Shown here piece by piece: positions 1 to 9,030 of a stretch of DNA of 64,000 bases (positions are counted from its first letter, which is position 1; every line of letters begins with the position of its first letter). Made by a program: the position numbers and the translations under genes. Location: the NCBI GenBank assembly GCA_963759285.1, contig CAVWYS010000005.1, positions 3,522 to 67,521 on the forward strand, in the 5' to 3' direction. The notes below the pieces were generated by a model. The model saw nothing but the letters and a program-made list of their open reading frames with translations, was not told where the DNA came from and did not search any database. The DNA is from an uncultured Acidobacteriaceae bacterium. Lineage in GTDB: Bacteria; Acidobacteriota; Terriglobia; Terriglobales; Acidobacteriaceae.

Positions 1-375
1 CATCATCATGGTGCGATGCGTCAGGTTCCCGGCCGAATCGATGAGCCGGGCCACCTCCTGCTGGTCAAGTATGGTGGGCAGCCGCCTCTGGCGCTTGGGA
101 AATGGAATGTGATCGGGAAGATAGGCCCGGCGCAACGTCTTGACGAAGAGAAAACGCAATGCGGCAGTGCGGCCTTCGATGGTCCCGGGTGAAAGCTTGC
201 GTTCGCGAAACAGATACGCTTGGTACCGGCGGATATGGTCCGGGCCAAGCCGTTCCGGTGAACGATGGAAGTACTTCGCAAAGTCCTCCACCGCGTGGAT
301 ATAGGAACGAGTGGTGCTCTGAGAGTAGTTGCGACGCTGAAGTTCATCCAGCATCAACTGCCGAAGATGGGTCAC
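1..375 (-). CDS. Tyrosine recombinase/integrase, N-terminal part (SAM-like N-terminal domain); runs off the window start
   Basis: Manual translation from GTG at 375 (RBS AGGAGG at 382-387 on minus): MTHLRQLMLDELQRRNYSQSTTRSYIHAVEDFAKYFHRSPERLGPDHIRRYQAYL...LRFLFVKTL...FPKRQRRLPTILDQQEVARLIDSA..., open to base 1. Pattern typical of phage_int_SAM_4-type integrases. Absent from the ORF track because there is no stop inside the window. Confidence 0.85.
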   Translation of the reverse strand, partial: MTHLRQLMLDELQRRNYSQSTTRSYIHAVEDFAKYFHRSPERLGPDHIRRYQAYLFRERKLSPGTIEGRTAALRFLFVKTLRRAYLPDHIPFPKRQRRLPTILDQQEVARLIDSAGNLTHRTMMM

Positions 376-999
376 GGTAAACCTCCTGTGACCCAAACCT
401 TAAACCGGCGACAAAACTACTCGAAGGCCGACGCCGCAGCGTCCGTCGCGCCAGCGACTTAGTCCAAACGCCCAAGGTTCCTTTCATTGCCTCGTCAAAG
501 CATCTCTCCATCAAAAGCCAGGCTTGCCGAATATCCAGCAAACTGCTTCGCAAAAACTGACGCGAGCCGTCCAGGTTGCCAGTGTCAATGCCCCTTTATT
601 CCAATCCCGCCGTAACCTCCTCATTCCAGACGAAAGATTCTCGCGTCGCTTTTGCAGGTAATTTTCTTTGTCTGGAGCACAATGGAGTTACCAAGCGCGA
701 TGGCATCGGATGACTTACATTCCGGAAATCTCAAAACGCCGCCACAAATGCGGCATGCGCACAACAAGTCCACTGAAAATGCAGCACGCAACTCCTTTGC
801 TATGAAACCTCTACAGCTAAACTCAATCATCCCGATCCTTTGGCGACGCCTCTCCCGGTAAGCTCGTGAAAATAAATAACTAGCTCTAAGAGACCCCATA
901 ATAGGGGGGTGGGGATTCCGCAACCAGACGGTTGCATCCCGTTTCCTCACGAGGCAGATTGATATATCGTTAGCTGATCCGAACGACTGGAAGGACAAC

Positions 1000-1398
1000 A
1001 TGAGCCATCCCGACACCGCAACCCCAGCGGCCGTCCATCTCGATACCATCGGCCAGATCGCCATCACTGTCGATGATCTCGCCCGCGCCAGGGACTTCTA
1101 CCAGAACACCCTGGGCATGAAGTTCCTCTTCGCCGCCGGACGTCTCGCCTTCTTCCAGTGCGGTAGCATCCGCCTCATGCTCACCACGCCTGAGAAGCCG
1201 GAACCACGCGGCGGCACCATCCTCTACTACAAAGTCGACGACATTCACGTCGCCTGCGCTGCAATCAAGGCCCGCGGCATCGCGCTCCTCGAAGACCCGC
1301 ACCTCATCGCCAGAATGCCCGACCATGACCTGTGGATGGCGTCGCTCAAAGACCCCGCAGACAACATCCTCGGCATCATGTGCGAAGTCCGTACCTAG
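1000..1398 (+). CDS. VOC family (glyoxalase/bleomycin-resistance-like) protein
   Basis: IGQIAITVDDLARARDFYQNTLG ... LYYKVDDI ... LKDPADNILGI; RBS GGAAGGA upstream. Confidence 0.85.
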   Translation: MSHPDTATPAAVHLDTIGQIAITVDDLARARDFYQNTLGMKFLFAAGRLAFFQCGSIRLMLTTPEKPEPRGGTILYYKVDDIHVACAAIKARGIALLEDPHLIARMPDHDLWMASLKDPADNILGIMCEVRT

Positions 1399-1417
1399 CG
1401 CACAAAAGAGTTTTGAA

Positions 1418-1474
1418 AGGGCACGACTTTAGCCGTGCCGTAACCGCCAGAAAACATCAGAGGGCCTTTAGCCT
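1418..1474. repeat. Twin-hairpin REP-like element (family T), degenerate copy
   Basis: GCACGAC-TTTA-GCCGTGC, ~20-nt spacer, GGGCC-TTTA-GCC. Same layout as 8731-8794, 42061-42124 and 52389-52451. Confidence 0.7.
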
Positions 1475-1480
1475 TGCGCA

Positions 1481-2626
1481 CTAACGATCCTCCAGCGCAA
1501 GTACCGCATAGCTCGTCGCCGCATCGCTCATAAACATCCCTGCATCCGATTTCGGATCGCGGTTCTTGTTTAGCGACCACGCCGGCCACGCTCCGGTGTT
1601 TTTATCCTGATTGGCTTCAAGCCATGCAAGGCCACGCGCTACGTGCGGCTTCTTGTCCCCTGTTACCAGGCTCTCTTCAAGCACGAGCACCGCAAGTCCC
1701 GTCGCGTACCCATCCGATCGCGTTTCCAGCGGCGTGCCGTCCCGGCGCTTCCATGTCCCAAGATCCGTCAAACTCCAGCCCCCGTCCGGGTGCTGCAGCG
1801 CGTCCACTTGATCCACAAGCGCACGCATCTGGTCCAGCGTCAACAGGCCGGGAACATACTTCGCAGCCCACAACGCGACCATCTTGTTCACCAGTGGCTG
1901 TGCATCGTAGTGGCTCTGCAGATAGCCGCGCAACAAGGCCACGTTCGCCGAAATCTTCTTGTCGTTCCTGTACCCCTCGGGTGCGCTCCCCACTGCCATC
2001 GCCATCAACGCGGCCCAATGGTACTGCGATTCCTTTGACTCCCAGGGAGTGTAATCGAAGTTCTGCCAAACCCACGCGCCCGCATCCGGCCCAGACTTCG
2101 ACTGCAGTTCCCATGCATTGTCGAACGCCATCCGCGTCCGTTCGCTCAGATGCTCCTTCGGCGCGTCGTAACAAGCAAGAATGATGGCATTCAGCACGGC
2201 CTCCGCATTGCGCGACTCCACTTCCTTTCCCGCGCCGGAAACCGCATCGCTGTAGAAAGGCTGCACAATCTTCCAGTCGCGAACCCGCTTCTCCACGCTC
2301 GCCAGCATCACGAGCTCCTGCTCTGAAGGTTCACGCTCGCCCGATCGGCCGCGCAGCACTGGGCGTGCCATCGCGTAAGTCGCCTGCGTATGGCAACTCA
2401 CGCACAGCGTGCCATGATCCTTTTGCGCACGCTTCCACCCTTGCCACCACGTCTCTCTGCTATCGAGATACTGCGTAGCAGCCGCAGGATTCCAGCCAGG
2501 AGCCGTAACCGCGGGCTTGTCTGAAGCCTGCACATTCCCTCCCGGCACACGCATCACGCAGACACAGAACGCAACGCTCGCCGCGGCGACCAGCCTGGCC
2601 CCACCCCGCAGGAGTTTGTTTGTCAT
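1481..2626 (-). CDS. Exported prenyltransferase/squalene-oxidase-repeat (alpha/alpha barrel) protein with a CxxCH motif
   Basis: Signal-peptide-like N-terminus, QW-like motifs (LQHPDGGW, NQDKNTGAW), CVSCHT; no DXDD cyclase motif seen. Confidence 0.6.
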   Translation of the reverse strand: MTNKLLRGGARLVAAASVAFCVCVMRVPGGNVQASDKPAVTAPGWNPAAATQYLDSRETWWQGWKRAQKDHGTLCVSCHTQATYAMARPVLRGRSGEREPSEQELVMLASVEKRVRDWKIVQPFYSDAVSGAGKEVESRNAEAVLNAIILACYDAPKEHLSERTRMAFDNAWELQSKSGPDAGAWVWQNFDYTPWESKESQYHWAALMAMAVGSAPEGYRNDKKISANVALLRGYLQSHYDAQPLVNKMVALWAAKYVPGLLTLDQMRALVDQVDALQHPDGGWSLTDLGTWKRRDGTPLETRSDGYATGLAVLVLEESLVTGDKKPHVARGLAWLEANQDKNTGAWPAWSLNKNRDPKSDAGMFMSDAATSYAVLALEDR

Positions 2627-2804
2627 GCTCTCGACCTCCGAATCATTACCCTGACCGTTCCGCTTCGGACGCTTCTACTGCCAGCATACGTCGGCCCGTT
2701 CCAACGCCGCATAACTTTCCACAACCCTCCGCGGTTCAAAGGATGTTCCTTCACCGTTAACCGCGATCCTGCAAATGCACAGGCTCGCGCGTTATCCTCA
2801 CTGC

Positions 2805-3776
2805 ATGGTGCGGTTCACGGTACTGGCGTCGGGATCTAAGGGTAACTGCACGGTTGTCACCGGCGGCAATACCCGAATCCTGGTTGATGCCGGCCTTAGC
2901 TGCCGCGAACTCTTCCGGCGCATGCGCCTGGTCGATGAAGATCCCGCCACGCTCGATGCAATCATCATCACCCACGAGCACTCCGACCACGTTGCAGGCC
3001 TTGCCGTCACCGCCCGCAAACTTGGCATCCCGGTCTACTTCACCGAGGGCACACACCGCGCCTGGGTACGTTGGCTTTCGCCCCGCAAGCAGATGACCTA
3101 CACGCAATGGTTGGAGCAATGCCGCAAACAGGCCGCAGCGCGCATGGCCGAAGCCGATGCTGTCACATTGGAAGAATGCGATCCAGAAGACGTCGAATCA
3201 TGCGCGGATCCGGCACCCGCCGAAATCCCTGAGCCGACTCCAGTAAAAGCTGCCCCCGCAAAAGATCCTACCGCGCTGCCTTCACTCCAGTATTTCCAGG
3301 CTGGCAAGCCGCTCCAGATCGGCGACATCTCCGTCAGCCCGTTCACGATTCCCCATGACGCTGCGGACCCCGTCGGCTTCGTGTTCCAGGCAGAAGGCGT
3401 CCGCATGGCCGTCGCAACCGACCTCGGCTACATACCTCCCAACGTCAAAGCCCAGCTGAAGAGGGTTGATCTTCTGCTCCTTGAGTCCAATCACGACCTG
3501 GAGATGCTCCGCGACGGCCCCTACCCCTGGTCAGTCAAACAACGCGTCCTATCCCGCGTTGGCCACCTCTCCAACGAGGCCGCCGCCACTTTCCTCGAAT
3601 CCGAGTACGACGGTCAAGCCTCCTACGTCATCCTTGGGCATCTCTCTGAAAGCAATAACCTTCCCGAGCTTGCGCGCATTGCAGCCGAGCGTGCCCTCAA
3701 CGGACGAGCCAGTTTGTTAGCAAACCGGCTGTTGCTGGCAGAGCAACATGAACCCATGTCAACTATTTGTTTTTGA
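2805..3776 (+). CDS. MBL-fold metallo-hydrolase, YycJ/WalJ-like, with an acidic/Pro-rich insertion
   Basis: VLASGSKGN, LVDAG, THEHSDH, PHDAADP, TDLG, LESNHD, GHLSN, LGHLSESNN. Start moved to ATG 2805. Confidence 0.85.
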   Translation: MVRFTVLASGSKGNCTVVTGGNTRILVDAGLSCRELFRRMRLVDEDPATLDAIIITHEHSDHVAGLAVTARKLGIPVYFTEGTHRAWVRWLSPRKQMTYTQWLEQCRKQAAARMAEADAVTLEECDPEDVESCADPAPAEIPEPTPVKAAPAKDPTALPSLQYFQAGKPLQIGDISVSPFTIPHDAADPVGFVFQAEGVRMAVATDLGYIPPNVKAQLKRVDLLLLESNHDLEMLRDGPYPWSVKQRVLSRVGHLSNEAAATFLESEYDGQASYVILGHLSESNNLPELARIAAERALNGRASLLANRLLLAEQHEPMSTICF

Positions 3777-3988
3777 TGAAACTCGATTACAATCGTAAGA
3801 GGGAGTAATGGGCCCTTGCTGAGGGTTCCTCCTAATCTCTGCGACGTAAGTTTTGTCTTATCAGAAGGCTTTTAGTAATCCTGCATCATTCGGTACCCGT
3901 AAGGCATCCAATGGTGCGAACGGTTTTCGCGTTCTCCCGTGCAAAGCGCGACAACTTCCAGAATCTGCACAGAGCGAGTCTGAAGTCT

Positions 3989-4471
3989 ATGGCGAAAACT
4001 CCATGTACCGACCGCGTTGTGGGCGCTATTCTTGCCAGCTGGCGGTATGACATCTCAGGGATTTCCCCAGAAATGCGCAGGGATTATGAGCAGCATTTCG
4101 CGGATTGCAGCCGCTGCCGCGCTCGCCTCAAATTCCACCGCAGTCTCGACGTATCTCTCGTGGTTCTCACGTCTCTGTCGGTTTTCTTCTCCCTCTTTGC
4201 GCTCGCAGTCCTAAAGCACATCAAGCCACTGGAGCACGTAGCATTTAACGTGCTTGGTCTCGACAAGTTCGATACTTATCACATGCTGGTGTCAGCGGCG
4301 GTCGCCGGAGTCTGCTTCTCGGTAATTGCGTTTGTGTTGGTGCTCACCGCAACTCCCGTCCCGTCGTATCTTGGAGGAATCGCCGCCGAACGCGCCCGCA
4401 TCCTCGAACAGCGGCTACCTGAGGCCTTCGAACGCCTCCCCAACGCCATCAAATCCCTGCGTCCCCGCTAA
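3989..4471 (+). CDS. Membrane protein with an N-terminal zinc-finger-like (HxxxCxxC, zf-HC2-like) motif and two TM helices
   Basis: EQHFADCSRCR followed by two hydrophobic stretches; start at ATG 3989 within ORF 3911..4471. Confidence 0.6.
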   Translation: MAKTPCTDRVVGAILASWRYDISGISPEMRRDYEQHFADCSRCRARLKFHRSLDVSLVVLTSLSVFFSLFALAVLKHIKPLEHVAFNVLGLDKFDTYHMLVSAAVAGVCFSVIAFVLVLTATPVPSYLGGIAAERARILEQRLPEAFERLPNAIKSLRPR

Positions 4472-4494
4472 ACCGACCCCCGCTCCAAAATCAA

Positions 4495-4525
4495 AATGCC
4501 TCCCAAGCGGGAGGCATTCTCTTTT
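4495..4525. terminator. Intrinsic terminator, probably bidirectional, between convergent genes
   Basis: AATGCCTCCC-AAGC-GGGAGGCATT perfect 10-bp stem, CTCTTTT on the 3' side and AAAA on the 5' side. Confidence 0.75.
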
Positions 4526-4535
4526 AGGGCCCCCT

Positions 4536-6809
4536 TCATCGCGACATATGAAACCATTTGCGCAACAGAAAATATTCGTTGATCGGTTGATCGTCAGTGA
4601 GTTCCGGCACATTTGGATTCCGCTGAATCAATCTCTCAAGCGGGACTTCTCTTTCGAGCACAAGATTGAATTCCTTCTCAGCATTGGCAGCAGGTCCCCA
4701 CTCAACAAAGTCTGAAGCTGCCGCAAGCGGCATCCGCGACGCGAGATCCGCGGCCGAAAGAGCTGGCAGCGGCTTCATACTGGCCAGATAGTGAATTCCG
4801 AAGCTACCTTCGTAGGATCCAAACGCTCGGACATAAGGAAACGATTGCATCAGAGTTCTGGTAACAGAAGCCTCACTTGCATCGTCGCCAGTCGAAGATG
4901 GGTACCAGGTCTGAAAGATGCCGTCGGGACTGAGATGTCGTTTGATCACTTCGTAAAACTCGCGCGAGTACAGCAGGCTTGAACCAGGTGCGGCCACCGG
5001 AGGCGGTGGGTCCACTACAATCACATCGAAATGCTCATTTGACCCATCCAAAAATCTCCGGCCGTCATCGATCACGATCTTCGCAAGCGGCGATTTTTCA
5101 ACTTCAGGAGCATCTGCGTGAAAATAATTGAACAGCTTCGGAACACTTGGAATCAGATCAACAGCTGTCGTCGGAATACCCCAGGAAAGCATTGAGCGAA
5201 AGGTCGTGCCCATTCCAAAACAGATCACGAGTCCGTTCTTGGGACGGCGGCTCATCCACGCGAGAGGCAGATGCGCGATATACTTTGTGATTGGAGTCAT
5301 AAGCGTCATTCCATTTCCATTCACAAACAATCGCCGTTGCCATCCGTTGCCGGTTGCCATCACTGTTGCCGCATAATCTCTACGCACATCGCGTTGCTTG
5401 AATATGGTCTCGTAGTCGTCGCTTAGGCTGACCACCAATATTGCGATTCCGAAGGCAAGAATAAACGTGGACTTTGGGTGGCCTAATGCCTTCAATTGCT
5501 CGCCTGCAGAAGCTTTCCGAAACGCAATTACGCCTGCAATCGCAAAAAGAGGAATTGACAGCGCAAAGGTGGACCAGCGCTCACCCAGCCACGGTTCTAA
5601 CCAGAAGCCGGCAATGAGAGGTCCCACTATGCAGCCAAGGATGTTAAAGGCGTAAGCGGTTCCGGCACGATCTGCTTCTCCTCCTGACCACGAATCCACC
5701 AGCAGCGGCGTCAAAAAACCCGTCAGCGCGCAGAACAGAAGGATTGACAAAATACGCACTGCATTGAATTCATTTGGAAGAAATCGTGGACTGGCGACTG
5801 CGACCGGAATCAATATAGAAAGGGCAAGCACGGTCCATGTCTTCCCGCTTTGATTCAGCTGATGCGTTTCCGCCCAGCGCCTGTAATCACGTGCCCCCAC
5901 CGCCGTACCGAATAGGTAGGTGGCCAAAATTGCGGCGAATGCATAAACGAAATTGCCAAGATATGGAGTGAACTGCCGGATCCACACTACCTCCACTCCC
6001 ATGCTCACCAAGCCGGTTGTAAACAGGAGAATTGGAATCAGGGATTTCGGAAGTTGATACAGGCTGATCTCCCTTGCTCGTTTCTCACTCTTCAAGGATT
6101 CGAAGGACGATGAAGAGATCATCCGAATGCTTATCCTGAGCGCGAGCAGAGCAATCAAAGCGTTGAGGACAGCGGCGACATAGAGTGTCCGCTGGAACCC
6201 CAGCAATTCAATAATTACAAACGCCGACATTAGAGTGCCAAGCAGCGCTCCAATGACATTGGCAACGTAAAGATAACTGAAAGAACGATCCGACGCGGCT
6301 CCGCTGTCCTGCCGAATCACAGTCATCAAAAGCGGATAAGTCGCTCCTAGAAAGGTGCACCAGGGCACAAGTGTGATCGCAATCCAAACGCCCGCGATAA
6401 CATAATAGCTCCCTGATTGCCAGGTTCCGAAACTGCCCATGTGCAGCATAAGTTGGCGTCCCAGCCTGAGTTCCTTCGGCACCATGAGTGCCGAACATCC
6501 AATGAGGAGCTCTGCAATGGCATAGAAGCGCAGTCCCCGCCTTCCATTGGCTTTCAAGAGCGTGAGGGTAAGAGCCCCAGCGCCCCATGCTCCTAAGCCC
6601 ATTCCGGCCATGAAAAGCGACAAAACAATTGAAACGAGTGCCGTCGTTACGCCGAAACTTGCCATCGCTAGTCGGACCCAGATAACTTCATATACCAGGC
6701 CGCAAAATCCCGAAATAACAAAAAACACAAAGTACCATTTCATGTCCGATACTGTGGGACTTGAAGGCTCGGCGGGAGACGCTATTCTCGGCAAGGATAA
6801 AATCGACAT
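4536..6809 (-). CDS. Fused multi-TM/spermidine-synthase-like (SAM-dependent) membrane protein
   Basis: SGFCGLVYEVIWVRL and GLVSMGVEVVWIRQF duplicated TM modules; C-terminal LVICFGMGTT, IVIDDGRRFL, FDVIVVDPPPP, LYSREFY. ATG 6809 has GAGGA upstream; ATG 6743 is an alternative. Confidence 0.75.
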   Translation of the reverse strand: MSILSLPRIASPAEPSSPTVSDMKWYFVFFVISGFCGLVYEVIWVRLAMASFGVTTALVSIVLSLFMAGMGLGAWGAGALTLTLLKANGRRGLRFYAIAELLIGCSALMVPKELRLGRQLMLHMGSFGTWQSGSYYVIAGVWIAITLVPWCTFLGATYPLLMTVIRQDSGAASDRSFSYLYVANVIGALLGTLMSAFVIIELLGFQRTLYVAAVLNALIALLALRISIRMISSSSFESLKSEKRAREISLYQLPKSLIPILLFTTGLVSMGVEVVWIRQFTPYLGNFVYAFAAILATYLFGTAVGARDYRRWAETHQLNQSGKTWTVLALSILIPVAVASPRFLPNEFNAVRILSILLFCALTGFLTPLLVDSWSGGEADRAGTAYAFNILGCIVGPLIAGFWLEPWLGERWSTFALSIPLFAIAGVIAFRKASAGEQLKALGHPKSTFILAFGIAILVVSLSDDYETIFKQRDVRRDYAATVMATGNGWQRRLFVNGNGMTLMTPITKYIAHLPLAWMSRRPKNGLVICFGMGTTFRSMLSWGIPTTAVDLIPSVPKLFNYFHADAPEVEKSPLAKIVIDDGRRFLDGSNEHFDVIVVDPPPPVAAPGSSLLYSREFYEVIKRHLSPDGIFQTWYPSSTGDDASEASVTRTLMQSFPYVRAFGSYEGSFGIHYLASMKPLPALSAADLASRMPLAAASDFVEWGPAANAEKEFNLVLEREVPLERLIQRNPNVPELTDDQPINEYFLLRKWFHMSR

Positions 6810-6953
6810 GAATGTCCTCTGAACGATACTCGGTCGGACTGAGAAATGGCTTCTCTCCATGGTATGCCACCAATTGCACCTGAAAACCGAACAACTTGCC
6901 CCGAAGTAACATATAAACCTCAGTCCCAGCCTCTGAATCCCCTAAGACTGAAA

Positions 6954-6975
6954 GGCGAAGCTCTCAGGCTTCGCC
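6954..6975. terminator. Hairpin downstream of gpmI (possible terminator)
   Basis: GGCGAAGC-TCTCAG-GCTTCGCC perfect 8-bp stem; short T run on the minus strand. Confidence 0.45.
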
Positions 6976-7003
6976 CTCTGCAGACTGATCTCAAGCGCCA
7001 AGA

Positions 7004-8617
7004 CTATTTCGCGATCGGTACCCGCAGATCGCCCCCCGTCATCTCCTTCGGCAATCCAAGATGCAGCAGGTTCAGCAGCGTCGGCGAAATATCCCGCAGC
7101 GACCCATCCGGCCTCAGCAGATAATTCGGACCGTCTTCAGCGACGTAAATCATCGGCACTGGATTGGTAGTATGCGCCGTGTGAGGCCCGCCGGTCACCG
7201 GGTCGACCATCATCTCCGCATTGCCATGATCTGCCGTGATCAGCCAGCTTCCATTCTTCTCCTTGATCGCCTTGTAAATGCGCCCGAGCTGCGCGTCCAC
7301 GGCCTCGCACGCGCGGATCGTCGGCTCCAGCTTGCCCGAGTGGCCCACCATGTCTGCATTCGCAAAGTTCGCCACCACCAGGTCAAACGCGGTGTCATCA
7401 ATCGCCTTCACGATCGTGTCGCCAATCGCCTCGGCCTTCATCTCCGGCGCCAGGTCATACGTGGCCACCTTCAGCGAGGGAATCATCGTGCGATCCTCAC
7501 CCGGAAACGGCTTCTCGATCCCGCCATTGAAAAAGTACGTCACATGCGCAAACTTCTCCGTCTCCGCCACGCGCAGATTGCGCAGATTGTGCGCCGAAAG
7601 AATATTCGCCAGGATGTTGTCCATCGACTCCGGCAAAATAATCATCGGCAGCGCATACAGCTTGTCGTACTGCGTCATGCACAGGTAGTGCAGGTTCTTC
7701 GGAATCTCGCTGCGCGGAATCGTCTCATCCAGCGATTCCCATCCCTCCAGATTCTGTCCGCCATCCTTGTTCAACCCACTCTCACGCGCCAGCACCCGCG
7801 TAATCTGCCGCGCCCGATCGGCACGATAGTTGAAATTGATGCAGACATCTTCATCGCGAATCTGCCCCACCGGCTTCCCTGCCGCATCCACCACCACAAA
7901 CGGAATCACGAACTCATCGGTCACGCCGTTGTTGTAGCTTTCTTTGAGCCGCGCCACCGGGTCCGGATACGCCCCGCCCTCGGCCTTGCCGTTCACCATC
8001 GCATCGAAAGCCTTGCGCTCGCGCTCCCAGCGCTTGTCGCGATCCATCGCGTAGTAGCGCCCATTGATCGAGGCCACCTTCCCTACGCCGTACTCCCGCA
8101 TCTTCTGCTCAAGCTTCGCAATGTATCCCGCGCCGGAATCAGGTGCCGTGTCGCGCCCATCCATGAACGCGTGCACAAACACGTTGGGCAGTCCGTACTC
8201 CCGCGCCGTGCGCAACAGCGCATAAAGGTGCTCCTGGTGCGAGTGCACTCCCCCATCCGAGACTAGCCCGAACAGGTGCAGCGCGTGCCGCCCGTCTCGC
8301 GCCTTCTGCATCGCCTTCACAATCTCCGGCTCCTTCGAGAATTGTCCCGAAGCAATCAGCGCATCGATGCGCGTAATGTCCATCTGCACAATGCGCCCCG
8401 CGCCGATATTCAGATGGCCTACTTCGCTGTTCCCCATCTGCCCATCCGGCAACCCCACAAAATGATCCGAAGCTTGGATCAGCGTATTCGGAAACTCACG
8501 CAGCAGCTTGTCATAGTTAGGCTTGCGCGCCAGCGCAATCGCATTGTTGGCGGTTTCCGCGCGATATCCCCATCCATCGAGGATGGTCAGTACAAGAGGA
8601 TGTTTGCTTGAAGCCAC
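7004..8617 (-). CDS. gpmI: 2,3-bisphosphoglycerate-independent phosphoglycerate mutase
   Basis: [78 protein letters not shown]. Confidence 0.97.
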   Translation of the reverse strand: MASSKHPLVLTILDGWGYRAETANNAIALARKPNYDKLLREFPNTLIQASDHFVGLPDGQMGNSEVGHLNIGAGRIVQMDITRIDALIASGQFSKEPEIVKAMQKARDGRHALHLFGLVSDGGVHSHQEHLYALLRTAREYGLPNVFVHAFMDGRDTAPDSGAGYIAKLEQKMREYGVGKVASINGRYYAMDRDKRWERERKAFDAMVNGKAEGGAYPDPVARLKESYNNGVTDEFVIPFVVVDAAGKPVGQIRDEDVCINFNYRADRARQITRVLARESGLNKDGGQNLEGWESLDETIPRSEIPKNLHYLCMTQYDKLYALPMIILPESMDNILANILSAHNLRNLRVAETEKFAHVTYFFNGGIEKPFPGEDRTMIPSLKVATYDLAPEMKAEAIGDTIVKAIDDTAFDLVVANFANADMVGHSGKLEPTIRACEAVDAQLGRIYKAIKEKNGSWLITADHGNAEMMVDPVTGGPHTAHTTNPVPMIYVAEDGPNYLLRPDGSLRDISPTLLNLLHLGLPKEMTGGDLRVPIAK

Positions 8618-8730
8618 GAAGAAGATACCTCGTAATCGAGCGATTTACTTGATATCAGGATAAATGCTCGACATCTCCCGCCGCGTGGCACCCATCACAT
8701 CGCGGCACACAATGCAGAACCGAACACGGA

Positions 8731-8794
8731 GGGAGCAGCAGCCTTCAGGCTGCTTGACCGCATTCGCAGAGAGCGCCAGGCCTTTAGGCCTGGA
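8731..8794. repeat. Twin-hairpin REP-like element (family T)
   Basis: AGCAGCC-TTCA-GGCTGCT (8737-8754) and CCAGGCC-TTTA-GGCCTGG (8776-8793), both perfect 7-bp stems. Confidence 0.8.
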
Positions 8795-8821
8795 TTTTTG
8801 ATGTAATTGCCACAACCCAGG

Positions 8822-8919
8822 GTCTTGTCACCAAGCAGGAGTTGGCATCAAGCGACAGTTGGCATAAAGCGGGTCTTGTCATCAAGCGGCAGTTGTCATA
8901 AAGCGGGAGTATCAGGCGG
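8822..8919 (+). repeat. Degenerate 17-bp tandem repeat (5 full units + 1 partial) abutting a REP left end
   Basis: gtcttgtcaccaagcag / gagttggcatcaagcga / cagttggcataaagcgg / gtcttgtcatcaagcgg / cagttgtcataaagcgg / gagtatcaggcgg. Confidence 0.85.
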
Positions 8920-8923
8920 GAGT

Positions 8924-8980
8924 TGTCATCTTGAGCGGACCCTGAGTACAGCGAAGGGGGAGTCGAAAGATCTGCGGTTG
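8924..8980 (+). repeat. TGTCAT-type REP-like element (family G)
   Basis: TGTCATCTTGAGCGG...GTCGAAAGATCTGCGGTTG; shares ends with 16841, 16976, 28460, 47518 and 57660. Confidence 0.75.
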
Positions 8981-9030
8981 TCTTTGTGAATTTGCGGTGA
9001 GCACAAATGCCAATACTTCCGGTCAGGCGG

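Noticed and set aside
621-1067. ORFs 621-1067(-) and 652-861(+)
   Set aside because: No RBS, motif or coding-like codon bias; 621-1067 overlaps the VOC gene
1481-2626. Squalene-hopene cyclase (shc) call
   Set aside because: Too short, exported, no DXDD motif and no hpn genes nearby
8822-8938. Tandem repeats as a possible CRISPR array (also 16838-17023)
   Set aside because: Units are contiguous and degenerate with no unique spacers, or number only two; no cas genes in the window
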